Shown in pieces: positions 10,895 to 19,375 of a stretch of DNA of 64,000 nt (position 1 is the stretch's first letter; every line of letters starts with the position of its first letter). Source of the DNA: Arenicellales bacterium (GTDB taxonomy: Bacteria; Pseudomonadota; Gammaproteobacteria; Arenicellales; JAJDZL01); contig OZ241916.1 in assembly GCA_965203865.1 (NCBI GenBank), positions 2,872,738 to 2,936,737 of the forward strand. The letters run 5' to 3'. Below the pieces are notes generated by a model. The model searched no databases and was not told where the DNA came from. It worked only from the letters and a program-made list of their open reading frames with translations. A program made the translations under genes and the position numbers.

Positions 10895-10917
10895 CTTGGC
10901 AACTACGAAACCAACTC
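10895..10917 (+). repeat. 23-nt motif CTTGGCAACTACGAAACCAACTC (copy 1 of 2)
   Basis: Matches 37681..37703 at 22 of 23 positions in the same orientation. Both copies are intergenic. Confidence 0.8.
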
Positions 10918-10955
10918 AATCAATCCACATTACCCAACCAGGTCAGTTTGACGGA

Positions 10956-11963
10956 CTATCCTGGCGTTTTCGCCTCGTCTGTCAATTCGTACCTTAAATC
11001 GGGATTAAAGTTCGGAATAGCTATAAATGCACCTCCGTTTTGACGCGCCACCTCCCGCATCAAAACTGCAAACCGGTCATTTGTAGTAATCAAATCCTGA
11101 TTCAAAAAACCAATTCCGTGAATCCGTGCACGCGGCTCACCCGTAGCCGGATCCCTGTTTATTCTGTTAATTCTGTTCAGTACATCGTCATACGACGGAC
11201 CAGTATAGTCATCCCCGAACACATAGATTGACAAACTCTCTGTTTTACGGACGTAGGCATTTAATGCAGTAGTTACGCCTTCCAGGGGACTACTGTTTGA
11301 AAAACTACTCCAAGATCTCATTCGACGCAATACCGACCTTCTTCTTGAAGGTGTGTCTGGAATCCATTTTCCCCCGTAAGCCGATATCAGGTAGTTTCCC
11401 ATATCATTCATAATTTGAAATCCTTTCACCTCAGGATGAATGTCCAGAATATTTTCAATTTCCCGAATGACTCGAGACCAAATTGCCATCATACTGCCCG
11501 ATGTATCCACAACAAAAATGACATGCTCGCTGTCAACCGGAATCCCGCCAACTTCTACTACCTTTTCACTTGTGGCACCCGGTTGCTCCTGAACAACCGG
11601 TTCGCTTTCCTGACTTTGCAAAGCGGCCAGCTCGGCTTGTTTACTGGCAATCTCTTGTTCCAGCGATTCCAGGTTTTCGTCGGACCCGCTAAGCACGTCT
11701 GATGCGATAGAAAGACGTGTTTGCTGCAATTCAATTTGCTGCTGAAGATATTCATTCCTTTTCTCCGCCTGGTCCGATTTGTCCTCCGCCGTCATAACAG
11801 CATCCAGCAAGTTGTTCACTTGAGTCACATCGGGAATACCGCCTTCTACATCCTGCTTTGACAACAGTACAAGCAGTACTATCGCACCAAAGCCGCAACA
11901 AATCACGTCCAAAAATGAGACGCTAAAAATTTCAGTGCCTCTTCTGCGTTCCTTCATGGCCAA
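10956..11963 (-). CDS. ExbD/TolR-like membrane anchor fused to coiled coil and vWA domain (paralog 2)
   Basis: 335-aa ORF. The N-terminus RRRGTEIFSVSFLDVICCGFGAIVLLVLL resembles the ExbD/TolR TM helix with its conserved Asp. A Q/E-rich coiled-coil segment follows, then a vWA MIDAS motif VIFVVDTSGSM. It overlaps the upstream gene by 10 nt. Confidence 0.8.
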   Translation of the reverse strand: MAMKERRRGTEIFSVSFLDVICCGFGAIVLLVLLSKQDVEGGIPDVTQVNNLLDAVMTAEDKSDQAEKRNEYLQQQIELQQTRLSIASDVLSGSDENLESLEQEIASKQAELAALQSQESEPVVQEQPGATSEKVVEVGGIPVDSEHVIFVVDTSGSMMAIWSRVIREIENILDIHPEVKGFQIMNDMGNYLISAYGGKWIPDTPSRRRSVLRRMRSWSSFSNSSPLEGVTTALNAYVRKTESLSIYVFGDDYTGPSYDDVLNRINRINRDPATGEPRARIHGIGFLNQDLITTNDRFAVLMREVARQNGGAFIAIPNFNPDLRYELTDEAKTPG

Positions 11964-13054
11964 AAGGGTGGAGGACTAACCATCATGCCACCTGTTGCAG
12001 AATTCCATTGCCAATACGCAAATGCAGCATTAGGGTCTCCTTCAATTGGAAGCAGTACAGTATTGATTTTGGTTTTTCTGCCTGTAGAAAATCCGACAAT
12101 TGCAGAATAGAACAATGCCTCCCTGCAAGCACTCGTAATCGTCGCATCTTTTTTTGAATAAGATTTACATCTTAGTGCTCTTCGATATTTTAAGCTCAGC
12201 TTGCCAACTCCCTTTGTTGGCAAGCCGTCAGTAATAATATAAATGTCTGACGGCCTCAGTTTGTTCGTCCTTATGTGCCTTAGTGCCTCTTCAAAATTCG
12301 TGGCATTTTCCGGATGCAACTCGGCAAGCGCATCCTCGACCTGTTTTCTTTCCTTGGCATCAGAGCCCTTTATCCATTGTCGCCCATGCAAAAACCGCGC
12401 TTTTTCGTTGTAAGACACTATGAGATACTCGCTGTTATCCGGAACTCGATCCATTATCCAATTCACAACTCTCAAAGTGCGCTGCCATTTGGGAGCGGAC
12501 TTTTTTGCAGACACATCGGCGATCTGAGTTTTTACAATATCAATCAAACGCTCGTTTGCCATTGATGCACTGCTATCCAGCAAAATCAGGATTCGGTCGC
12601 CGCTGACTCTCAAACCGATTAAATGATCTTCTGATACTTTAGGGGAAATATTTGCCCCTTGGGGAGTTTCTACGCTGGCGACCTGAGTTTCTTGAGTCTT
12701 TATTTTTGCTTTCATTTCGGCAATGGCAGTATCCAATTGCTCGATTTCTTTGTTCTTGGCATCAATGCTGGCACTCGTCTGAGAAGTACCGCCTTCTTTT
12801 TCGTTTATTTTTTGTGTTAGTGTCTCAAGCTGCTGTTCAAGCAAGTTGTTTTCTGCCAAAGTCGCTTCGGTTTGACTTTCAATTTCTGCAATGTCGAAAG
12901 CAAGTGCAGAATTTTCTATATTCGGCACCTCAGTTTGGTACTTCACCAGCATGAAAATCAAGGTTACTGCTCCAAGTCCGCATGACATCACGTCAAGAAA
13001 AGCAATATTGAAGCCTTCAGGTCTTCGCTTAGCTCTCCTCATCGGTTTTTCCAA
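11954..13054 (-). CDS. ExbD/TolR-like membrane anchor fused to coiled coil and vWA domain (paralog 1)
   Basis: 366-aa ORF. N-terminus is RRAKRRPEGFNIAFLDVMSCGLGAVTLIFMLV (ExbD-like, Asp in the TM helix). A coiled-coil segment and the MIDAS motif ILILLDSSASM follow. It overlaps the MotA-like gene. Confidence 0.8.
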   Translation of the reverse strand: MEKPMRRAKRRPEGFNIAFLDVMSCGLGAVTLIFMLVKYQTEVPNIENSALAFDIAEIESQTEATLAENNLLEQQLETLTQKINEKEGGTSQTSASIDAKNKEIEQLDTAIAEMKAKIKTQETQVASVETPQGANISPKVSEDHLIGLRVSGDRILILLDSSASMANERLIDIVKTQIADVSAKKSAPKWQRTLRVVNWIMDRVPDNSEYLIVSYNEKARFLHGRQWIKGSDAKERKQVEDALAELHPENATNFEEALRHIRTNKLRPSDIYIITDGLPTKGVGKLSLKYRRALRCKSYSKKDATITSACREALFYSAIVGFSTGRKTKINTVLLPIEGDPNAAFAYWQWNSATGGMMVSPPPFWP

Positions 13055-13826
13055 TACGATTCAGCAAAAACTTTTCACAGTAAGCCTGTGTATCCACCAC
13101 TAGCCCATCCTGCAAGCGCTGCAGCTGATGCAAAAAAAACATGAGAAATATGCTTATGATCAAAGCTACAAATGTTGAATTGAATGCGACTCCCAGACTC
13201 GCTGCCATATTGGCAATATCTCCGGAAAGAGCTTCATCGGCTTGTGCAAGAGCTTGGCCGATTCCACGTACAGTGCCCAGAAATCCAATTGAAGGAATCG
13301 CCCAGATCAAATATCGGATCATCGCATTTTCGGACTCGATGCGTGCAGCCAACGCGTCTACGCCGGTAACGATCGCATCAGAGGTGTTTTGAACACTATT
13401 TGTTATTACAAAACGACGAACCGAAGCTGTTAATGTTTCAACCAGGGGAGTGCTTTGAACATTCTGGGGAAGCGAGTGCAATGACTCCAAACTCATCTCC
13501 ATCTCTTCAACGATAGTTCGGGGCTCTACTGATTCTTCGTCATCGGGGGAGGATTCCATCAAATCAATGTCGAACAAATACCTGTGCCGCGCGATTGAAA
13601 TGCACTTGTCAATGATCAGGAACAATCCCCAGAACATGAGGATAATGCAAATTTCCTGCTCGTAGTCTTTCAAAACAACTGCAAGCGTTCGAATAGTGGA
13701 CTGTCCTTCAGCTTGAGCAATCGCCAGCGCTCTTTCGGCCTGAGGACGAATCACTCCTGTGTAGAGCAAGTGCACGCCCGAGGCGCTAATGATCAGTGCA
13801 ATGATACTCTTGAATACGGATGGCAT
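13029..13826 (-). CDS. MotA/TolQ/ExbB-family proton-channel protein
   Basis: 265-aa ORF with several hydrophobic helices. The C-terminal signature IWAIPSIGFLGTVRGIGQALAQA...FNSTFVALIISIFLMFF is typical of the MotA/ExbB family. Confidence 0.85.
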   Translation of the reverse strand: MPSVFKSIIALIISASGVHLLYTGVIRPQAERALAIAQAEGQSTIRTLAVVLKDYEQEICIILMFWGLFLIIDKCISIARHRYLFDIDLMESSPDDEESVEPRTIVEEMEMSLESLHSLPQNVQSTPLVETLTASVRRFVITNSVQNTSDAIVTGVDALAARIESENAMIRYLIWAIPSIGFLGTVRGIGQALAQADEALSGDIANMAASLGVAFNSTFVALIISIFLMFFLHQLQRLQDGLVVDTQAYCEKFLLNRIGKTDEES

Positions 13827-13838
13827 TTATATCAAGAA

Positions 13839-14003
13839 TCAAATATCAACAGGGAACTTCGCAGGGCTGTTCAGACTAATGGAATACGGTTTATTGTCAG
13901 CGTCTACTTCGGTTACCAGTCCGTATACAACCCAGGCCGCCAATAGTGCGGCAATCAATCCGGCCCAATACAACTTATTTCTGAATCCTGCAACTGCTTT
14001 CAT
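13839..14003 (-). CDS. small single-pass membrane protein (54 aa, below the ORF-track cutoff)
   Basis: Hand translation gives MKAVAGFRNKLYWAGLIAALLAAWVVYGLVTEVDADNKPYSISLNSPAKFPVDI. Its ATG shares one base with the upstream stop (TGATG). It ends 12 nt before the MotA-like start, filling an otherwise unexplained 176-nt gap. Confidence 0.6.
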   Translation of the reverse strand: MKAVAGFRNKLYWAGLIAALLAAWVVYGLVTEVDADNKPYSISLNSPAKFPVDI

Positions 14004-16036
14004 CATCTGCCTTTCCCGTACACATACCTTGCAATGCGAAATCCTACCATATCTTTGCCCTTGTCCAAGCCTTCCCGAAAACTGGAACGTATTTCAGTCA
14101 AGCTTGCAGAACGAAAATTACTCCCCTTTATTACATGGCTGGAACCAAAAGGAGCACCGAACGGGTCCACCTCAAGCTCCGCTGACTGGGAAGGAAGCAG
14201 CATATAAACATCATGCACCCATTCACTCACGTTTCCCGCCATGTCATGCAATCCAGCCGAATCTGGTGGAAATGAACCAACCGGAGCAACCGAAGGGTAG
14301 CCATCTTTGTACCGGGGTATGATTTTTTCAAGAACCTTCTTGCCGCTCTCATCCGCAAGATTTCCACTCCCTGCAGGAATTGTCATTTCATCACCCCAGA
14401 CAAAGCGCACTTTCTTTTGCCTCCCGGCAACTCGTGCCAGCCATTCCCATTCCGCTTCAGTCAACAAGCGATAGCCGTTTGCTTGCGAATTGAAATTGGC
14501 AACCCATCCGTTTGCAATCTCATACACCAACTCCAGCCCTTCCTTCTTGCTCAGCCAATTGCAAAATTCTACCACATCTATCCATGATACATTCCTTATC
14601 GGCAGGTCCGGTTTGGTAACTTGATTTCCTTTAAATCGTGCAAACTGGCCCTCGGTAATTTCTGTAATACCGGCAAAAAACGGTTTCGTCAACTCAACAT
14701 TTCTCAAGATTTCGTTGGCGCGCTGTCCTTTTTCGCTTCTTGGTGCGCCCATAGTGAACTTTCCCCTTGAATCATTGCCGGGTTTAAACAGTTTCATCTT
14801 GACCCCGATAGAATTGGTAATCATGGGTGGGGCTTCCGACATTAGTACATCAAATTCCTTTTGGAGTGTCTTCTCCACCAGAAGCGGTGAACTTGCATCA
14901 GGAGTAATTTGTACATCTACAGCTCTGTAGCCGTCTCTTTTCAGCGTCAAGGATTGCGGAACGGTCTGAAGATCCAGTTGCCTTGGCGTGGTACCGATGG
15001 ACTTTCCGTTTAATATGATTTCCGATTCCGGACTTGACCTGACCACGACTTGCCCTGTTTCTTCTTCCAGTTGAAACTGGACATCCAAACGTTCATCAGG
15101 CTTCAGGTTGATACTTCTGGATTGGGATACATATCCTTTTTTCTCATAGACAAGTATGTGATTCTGGCTTGGTGTTACCGGAAATGCGGACGAAGGGTCG
15201 ACAAGTAGTCCGTCAACTGTAAACATTCCTCCCGATGGCGACACTTTAGCCTGTACAAAAGCCATCTTCATACTTAGCAAGAAGTCTCGAACCAGGTCTT
15301 TTGACTTGTTGGTAATTTCAACTGTGTCGGTTGCCGTTAAATAGCCAGAAAGACTTACGCTTATATTGTGAACACCTCCTTCCAGACTATCGATTTTCAA
15401 GGGGGTTCGACCATACTGTCTACCATCAACTTCAACCAACGCCTGCTCAGGAACTGAGTTAATAGACAAACTACGAGAAACAGGCTTGAGTTGCACCTCC
15501 ATTGAAACAGACTCTCCCCTTTCCACGTCAATATCAATAGATTCTTTCTTAAAGTACGGATGGTCAATTTCAAACGACTTCGTGCCGGCAAGCATTTTTT
15601 GAACAAATCTCTCACCTACAAATACCCTTTCACCGTTTAGACTCCATTGCGTACCGGAACTTGCTGGAATGGTCGAAATTTCTACTGTTGCAGGAACCTC
15701 ACGCATATTGACAGACAGGTTTCTGATTCCTGAACCAAAATCCACCGTGGGAGTTTCATCGTAAAATCCTTTGGCCTGAATAAGCAGACCCACTTGCCCG
15801 CCGAGCGAAAACACTTTCCCCGCAATAACAATTCCGGCGCCATCGGAAATAGACATTTCTGAAATTAATGCAGCTTCCTGTGGCGTTATGTGAACGGATA
15901 CTGCCCTAGTCCAGTAATTTATTGCTGCAGCAATAAGCAATAGCAGCAATATTCCCAGACCAGCAAACAATAATCTGGCTCGAAAACGTTTTTTCGCAAT
16001 AACAAGTTGCTGGTCAAATTTGTTCACTGCATACAA
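14003..16036 (-). CDS. membrane-anchored PEGA-repeat protein with C-terminal FGE-sulfatase (SUMF1/EgtB/PvdO-type) domain
   Basis: 677-aa ORF. N-terminal TM segment LLFAGLGILLLLLIAAAI. PEGA-like segments are present, e.g. VEVDGRQYGRTPLKIDSLEGGVHNISVSLSGY. FGE-domain motifs are GYRLLTEAEWEWLAR, GNVSEWVHD and VIKGSNF. Confidence 0.85.
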   Translation of the reverse strand: MYAVNKFDQQLVIAKKRFRARLLFAGLGILLLLLIAAAINYWTRAVSVHITPQEAALISEMSISDGAGIVIAGKVFSLGGQVGLLIQAKGFYDETPTVDFGSGIRNLSVNMREVPATVEISTIPASSGTQWSLNGERVFVGERFVQKMLAGTKSFEIDHPYFKKESIDIDVERGESVSMEVQLKPVSRSLSINSVPEQALVEVDGRQYGRTPLKIDSLEGGVHNISVSLSGYLTATDTVEITNKSKDLVRDFLLSMKMAFVQAKVSPSGGMFTVDGLLVDPSSAFPVTPSQNHILVYEKKGYVSQSRSINLKPDERLDVQFQLEEETGQVVVRSSPESEIILNGKSIGTTPRQLDLQTVPQSLTLKRDGYRAVDVQITPDASSPLLVEKTLQKEFDVLMSEAPPMITNSIGVKMKLFKPGNDSRGKFTMGAPRSEKGQRANEILRNVELTKPFFAGITEITEGQFARFKGNQVTKPDLPIRNVSWIDVVEFCNWLSKKEGLELVYEIANGWVANFNSQANGYRLLTEAEWEWLARVAGRQKKVRFVWGDEMTIPAGSGNLADESGKKVLEKIIPRYKDGYPSVAPVGSFPPDSAGLHDMAGNVSEWVHDVYMLLPSQSAELEVDPFGAPFGSSHVIKGSNFRSASLTEIRSSFREGLDKGKDMVGFRIARYVYGKGR

Positions 16037-17765
16037 CCGTTACATCAACCGGTCTACTTCCGGGTTCTATGTTTACAGAAACCCGGACTGACCTGTAGCC
16101 ATCACGCGACCCTTCAAATACATGTTTACCGGGACGCAGCTGAATAGTTCGACTTGTTGTTTTTCCTACAATCCCCACGCCAACTACAACAATGTGGGTT
16201 TCATCATCAGATATGACATTGACTTCAACTTTCTTTTCATACAGCACCAGCCTGGCAGACAACTTTTCATGTAATTGCTTTAACTTGGGGCTGAAGTCAA
16301 GATACAGTTCTGCGTCTTGCAAATGTCCGAGCACCTGGTTTGCAATGTTTGAGTCTGCCAGTCTGTTTTCAAGCACAAGATCCATATCAAGTTGATTCGT
16401 AATCGACACAATTACATTTGCTGCTTTTTGATTTTCGATTGTTACCAAGTCATTGGGCTTGAGTTTCAGTGCCTCGGTAAAGTGATGCAAGGATTGATTC
16501 CAGTTGTCTTTTTTAGCAAATTCTGTTGCAAGGGCCACTTGTTTCGAAAATTGCTGCTCATTTTCCACTGATTTGATTTTACTGTCCAGCGCAGCGACCT
16601 CGGCTGACTTCGGGAAAATACTCTTGGCAATCGAATACTGCTTTTTCGCCTTTTCCAGATTTTCTCTGCCCAGCTCCCTGTTGGCACTACGAATGGCATC
16701 AGCGAACCTTTGCCTTGTAATATTATTCTGAATACTTGCAATACGGTCCTTTACCTCGGGGCGATTCGAGTCAAGGCTTATCACCTGCTTCAAAATTGCA
16801 AGTTCTTTCTGAGGCTGGTTTGTATTCCGAGCAATGCTGGCTTCGCGTAGCAAATTCAATACTTCCCCCAGCGTATTGGCGCGAGGCTGCAGTGCAAGCA
16901 TTTCGGAATCGTTTGGGGAAAGTCTTAGTGCTTCACTTATATAGTTGCTGGCTTGCAAGGGTTGATTATTTAAAAATGCGGTGTTTGCTGCAAATTTCAA
17001 TTCGTCAAGTTTCGCAGCATGCTCGGCTTCCAACCGCTCCACTGTGTCAATTGCATTGTCAAGAGTTTCGGCTGCCCCCTTGTAATCGCCAACCGAAAAC
17101 ATTTCTGTCGCCCTTTTCTTGGATTCCGCCAGATCATCAGTTTCTGCAGCTGCCCAAGTAGCCAAATTCAATTGAGCTATTATTGGTTGGACTGTTTGTT
17201 CGTAATACCTGAATTTTTCCAGGTACTCTTTTCGAAAATCTATGGATTCACCAATGGTCGGCTGGGGTTGCACGGAATCATCTTTACTGGCTACCTGATC
17301 AACTTCCACAACTTCCGTTGCTGGCTGCGCAGTCTGACCTTCAACAATTTTTTCCGAAGTGGTCTGTTCCTCCTTTCCCGATTCACTGTCAGCCAAGTCA
17401 GTTTGACTGGGTATTAATTGAGTTGCTTTTTCCTTTTCATCTGTCGGTAATATCTTGTCAACGAGTGATTCCACCAAGGAGGATTCTTGAACATCCCGTG
17501 ATTCAACTTGATTTTCAGCTACTGCAGAATATTCAGGCGATGGTTGATTCGTATTGTCAAGATTTTCTGTTGATAAAATTCCCTCATCCACTTCGGCAGA
17601 GATTGATTCCGACGGCTTCTCAGGCGGAGCATTCTGTTTCTCAATTACATAGAATTGCAAAAAAATCGCAGCTGCGAGTACAGCTGCGGCCAACCCAAAC
17701 CAAAGGTAGCGAGAAGTTTTTTGATACTGCTGTGCTCTTACCCTTGAAATCTTGTCCTCAAGCAT
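16014..17765 (-). CDS. membrane-anchored TPR-repeat protein with acidic linker and C-terminal PEGA-like domain
   Basis: 583-aa ORF. TM segment WFGLAAAVLAAAIFLQFYVI is followed by an E/Q/S-rich region. TPR-like repeats are visible, e.g. ASNYISEALRLSPND and LHHFTEALKLKPND. The C-terminus is GKHVFEGSRDGYRSVRVSVNIEPG. It overlaps the next gene by 23 nt. Confidence 0.75.
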   Translation of the reverse strand: MLEDKISRVRAQQYQKTSRYLWFGLAAAVLAAAIFLQFYVIEKQNAPPEKPSESISAEVDEGILSTENLDNTNQPSPEYSAVAENQVESRDVQESSLVESLVDKILPTDEKEKATQLIPSQTDLADSESGKEEQTTSEKIVEGQTAQPATEVVEVDQVASKDDSVQPQPTIGESIDFRKEYLEKFRYYEQTVQPIIAQLNLATWAAAETDDLAESKKRATEMFSVGDYKGAAETLDNAIDTVERLEAEHAAKLDELKFAANTAFLNNQPLQASNYISEALRLSPNDSEMLALQPRANTLGEVLNLLREASIARNTNQPQKELAILKQVISLDSNRPEVKDRIASIQNNITRQRFADAIRSANRELGRENLEKAKKQYSIAKSIFPKSAEVAALDSKIKSVENEQQFSKQVALATEFAKKDNWNQSLHHFTEALKLKPNDLVTIENQKAANVIVSITNQLDMDLVLENRLADSNIANQVLGHLQDAELYLDFSPKLKQLHEKLSARLVLYEKKVEVNVISDDETHIVVVGVGIVGKTTSRTIQLRPGKHVFEGSRDGYRSVRVSVNIEPGSRPVDVTVVCSEQI

Positions 17766-17777
17766 AATGGAGCATTC

Positions 17778-19091
17778 CTACAACTGAGTCTCCGGCGTGG
17801 CTTCCAGTTCGTAAATTTTTCTCAGAAATTCAATCCACTGCCCGTATTGCTCCGAAGCATTGCCAACCAGTTGCGCCGTTTCGTTTTCAAATTCCACCAC
17901 TTGCGGACCCAGTTCCAAATCAAGCGATTCCCCCAATTCATTCAGTGCATCAAGGTGGACTCGAGATTCTGCGTTGTCTTGCAAGCCACTCCGAATTGCA
18001 AGAACACCTCCAACCAAAGCCGCGGCTGTCGCTGCTCTTGTGCCGCTGTCATAGCTGTAGTCGTCCCTGGAGGCACCGGCAACAGCCAAGCCGATTGCCA
18101 GAGCACCGAGAAATGTTTTCATCGAGCCTGCACTCTTTGCCTTTCTTGCCGCCTTGGCTTCCGGCAGTGTTCGTTCTTGCCACACCAAATAGCTTTCATT
18201 CAACTTGCTGTTGAATTCCATATAGTGGGATTGCATTCGATCAATAAACAATTGGTCGCGGACGCGTATTACATTGACTCTTTGCAGCATGGGGTCGCTT
18301 TCAGCAGGAAGTGCTACCAATTTAATCCGCTTCCCATCACTGGTCATATATTTTGCAAAAGTCTCTTCTGACAAGCTGCTGGCAAATCGAATTTGCTTAA
18401 GAGGGGGAAGACCACGCAAGTAATTCTCATCTTGCTTTTTCAACTGCTCAACAACGTACTCGGCAGCTTTCTTGAACACAGGTTCATATGAGTCCTTTCC
18501 CTTGTTTCGATAGGTGTTGTAAAACTTTTCATCAACCCTGTGTGAAAAAGACTTGGTGAACCACTTGCGGCCAGAAATGTCATAGGCTGTAATTTCGATT
18601 TCTACATCTTCGCCATTGGAATTGATAATTTTTCCCTGAACGTAAAAGTCCGCTGTAACGACTGGACTAGGAACAACCCTGACTGCACCGAAGGCCTTCG
18701 TATCTTCCAATGCAGTTTTCATGTTCAGCGCGAAACGCGTTGATTCGGCACGCCTTAGCTCAGGCCATATTCCCAAGTTTGCAGTATCATTCTGAGCCTG
18801 ATGACTGCCGTAACCCGGGTCGCCAGGCTCAACTTTCACACCTTGCTTCGCGTCCTTTTTGGGGGACAAGTTAGGGTCAAACACCGGGATGGCGACTTCA
18901 AGCTGCAACGAACTAAAAGCCGGAACCACTTCCTTGGATGCCTGATTCTGCTGGCCGAAATTAGAGGATAATGATGGCCCTACCGGAATATTTTCAATTG
19001 AGCCGCCTGCACTCTGATTAGTAGGGGCAGAACCGCAACCGACCAATCCAAGCGTAATTGCAGAAAAGACCAGAATACTGGTCAATTTCAT
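17778..19091 (-). CDS. lipoprotein, function unknown
   Basis: The ORF extends to 19118, but the likely start is the internal MKLTSILVFSAITLGLVGCGS, which has a lipobox (LVGC). A C-terminal hydrophobic G/A-rich segment (FLGALAIGLAVAGA...ALVGGVLAI) is present. It ends 12 nt upstream of the TPR gene. Confidence 0.75.
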   Translation of the reverse strand: MKLTSILVFSAITLGLVGCGSAPTNQSAGGSIENIPVGPSLSSNFGQQNQASKEVVPAFSSLQLEVAIPVFDPNLSPKKDAKQGVKVEPGDPGYGSHQAQNDTANLGIWPELRRAESTRFALNMKTALEDTKAFGAVRVVPSPVVTADFYVQGKIINSNGEDVEIEITAYDISGRKWFTKSFSHRVDEKFYNTYRNKGKDSYEPVFKKAAEYVVEQLKKQDENYLRGLPPLKQIRFASSLSEETFAKYMTSDGKRIKLVALPAESDPMLQRVNVIRVRDQLFIDRMQSHYMEFNSKLNESYLVWQERTLPEAKAARKAKSAGSMKTFLGALAIGLAVAGASRDDYSYDSGTRAATAAALVGGVLAIRSGLQDNAESRVHLDALNELGESLDLELGPQVVEFENETAQLVGNASEQYGQWIEFLRKIYELEATPETQL

Positions 19092-19375
19092 ATTTTTTCC
19101 ATTTCTACTTAAATACATAATCTACATGTCCTTGCTTTACATTTGCATAACTTTGGGAAATCTTCAGAATTTATCTGTAAGAAAACATACCCAAAGCAAT
19201 TTATTTATGCTTATCATACATGATATTCCAGTCGGTTCAACCCCTTGAACTGATATTACGACAGCAATTGTCGCAATCAAAAGCAACTGAACTTATTTCA
19301 AATCAATTCCAGAGCAACTATTCAATCCCATTTTCTGATTCTAAATTGACTTGAAAAACTGAAGCAAACTGTATT

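Noticed and set aside
16736-17767. Plus-strand ORFs of 130-150 aa (16736..17161, 17019..17417, 17318..17767) and 17847..18371.
   Set aside because: They are antisense to the TPR and lipoprotein genes of a tightly packed operon. Their sequences are Cys/Phe/Leu-rich and do not look like real proteins.
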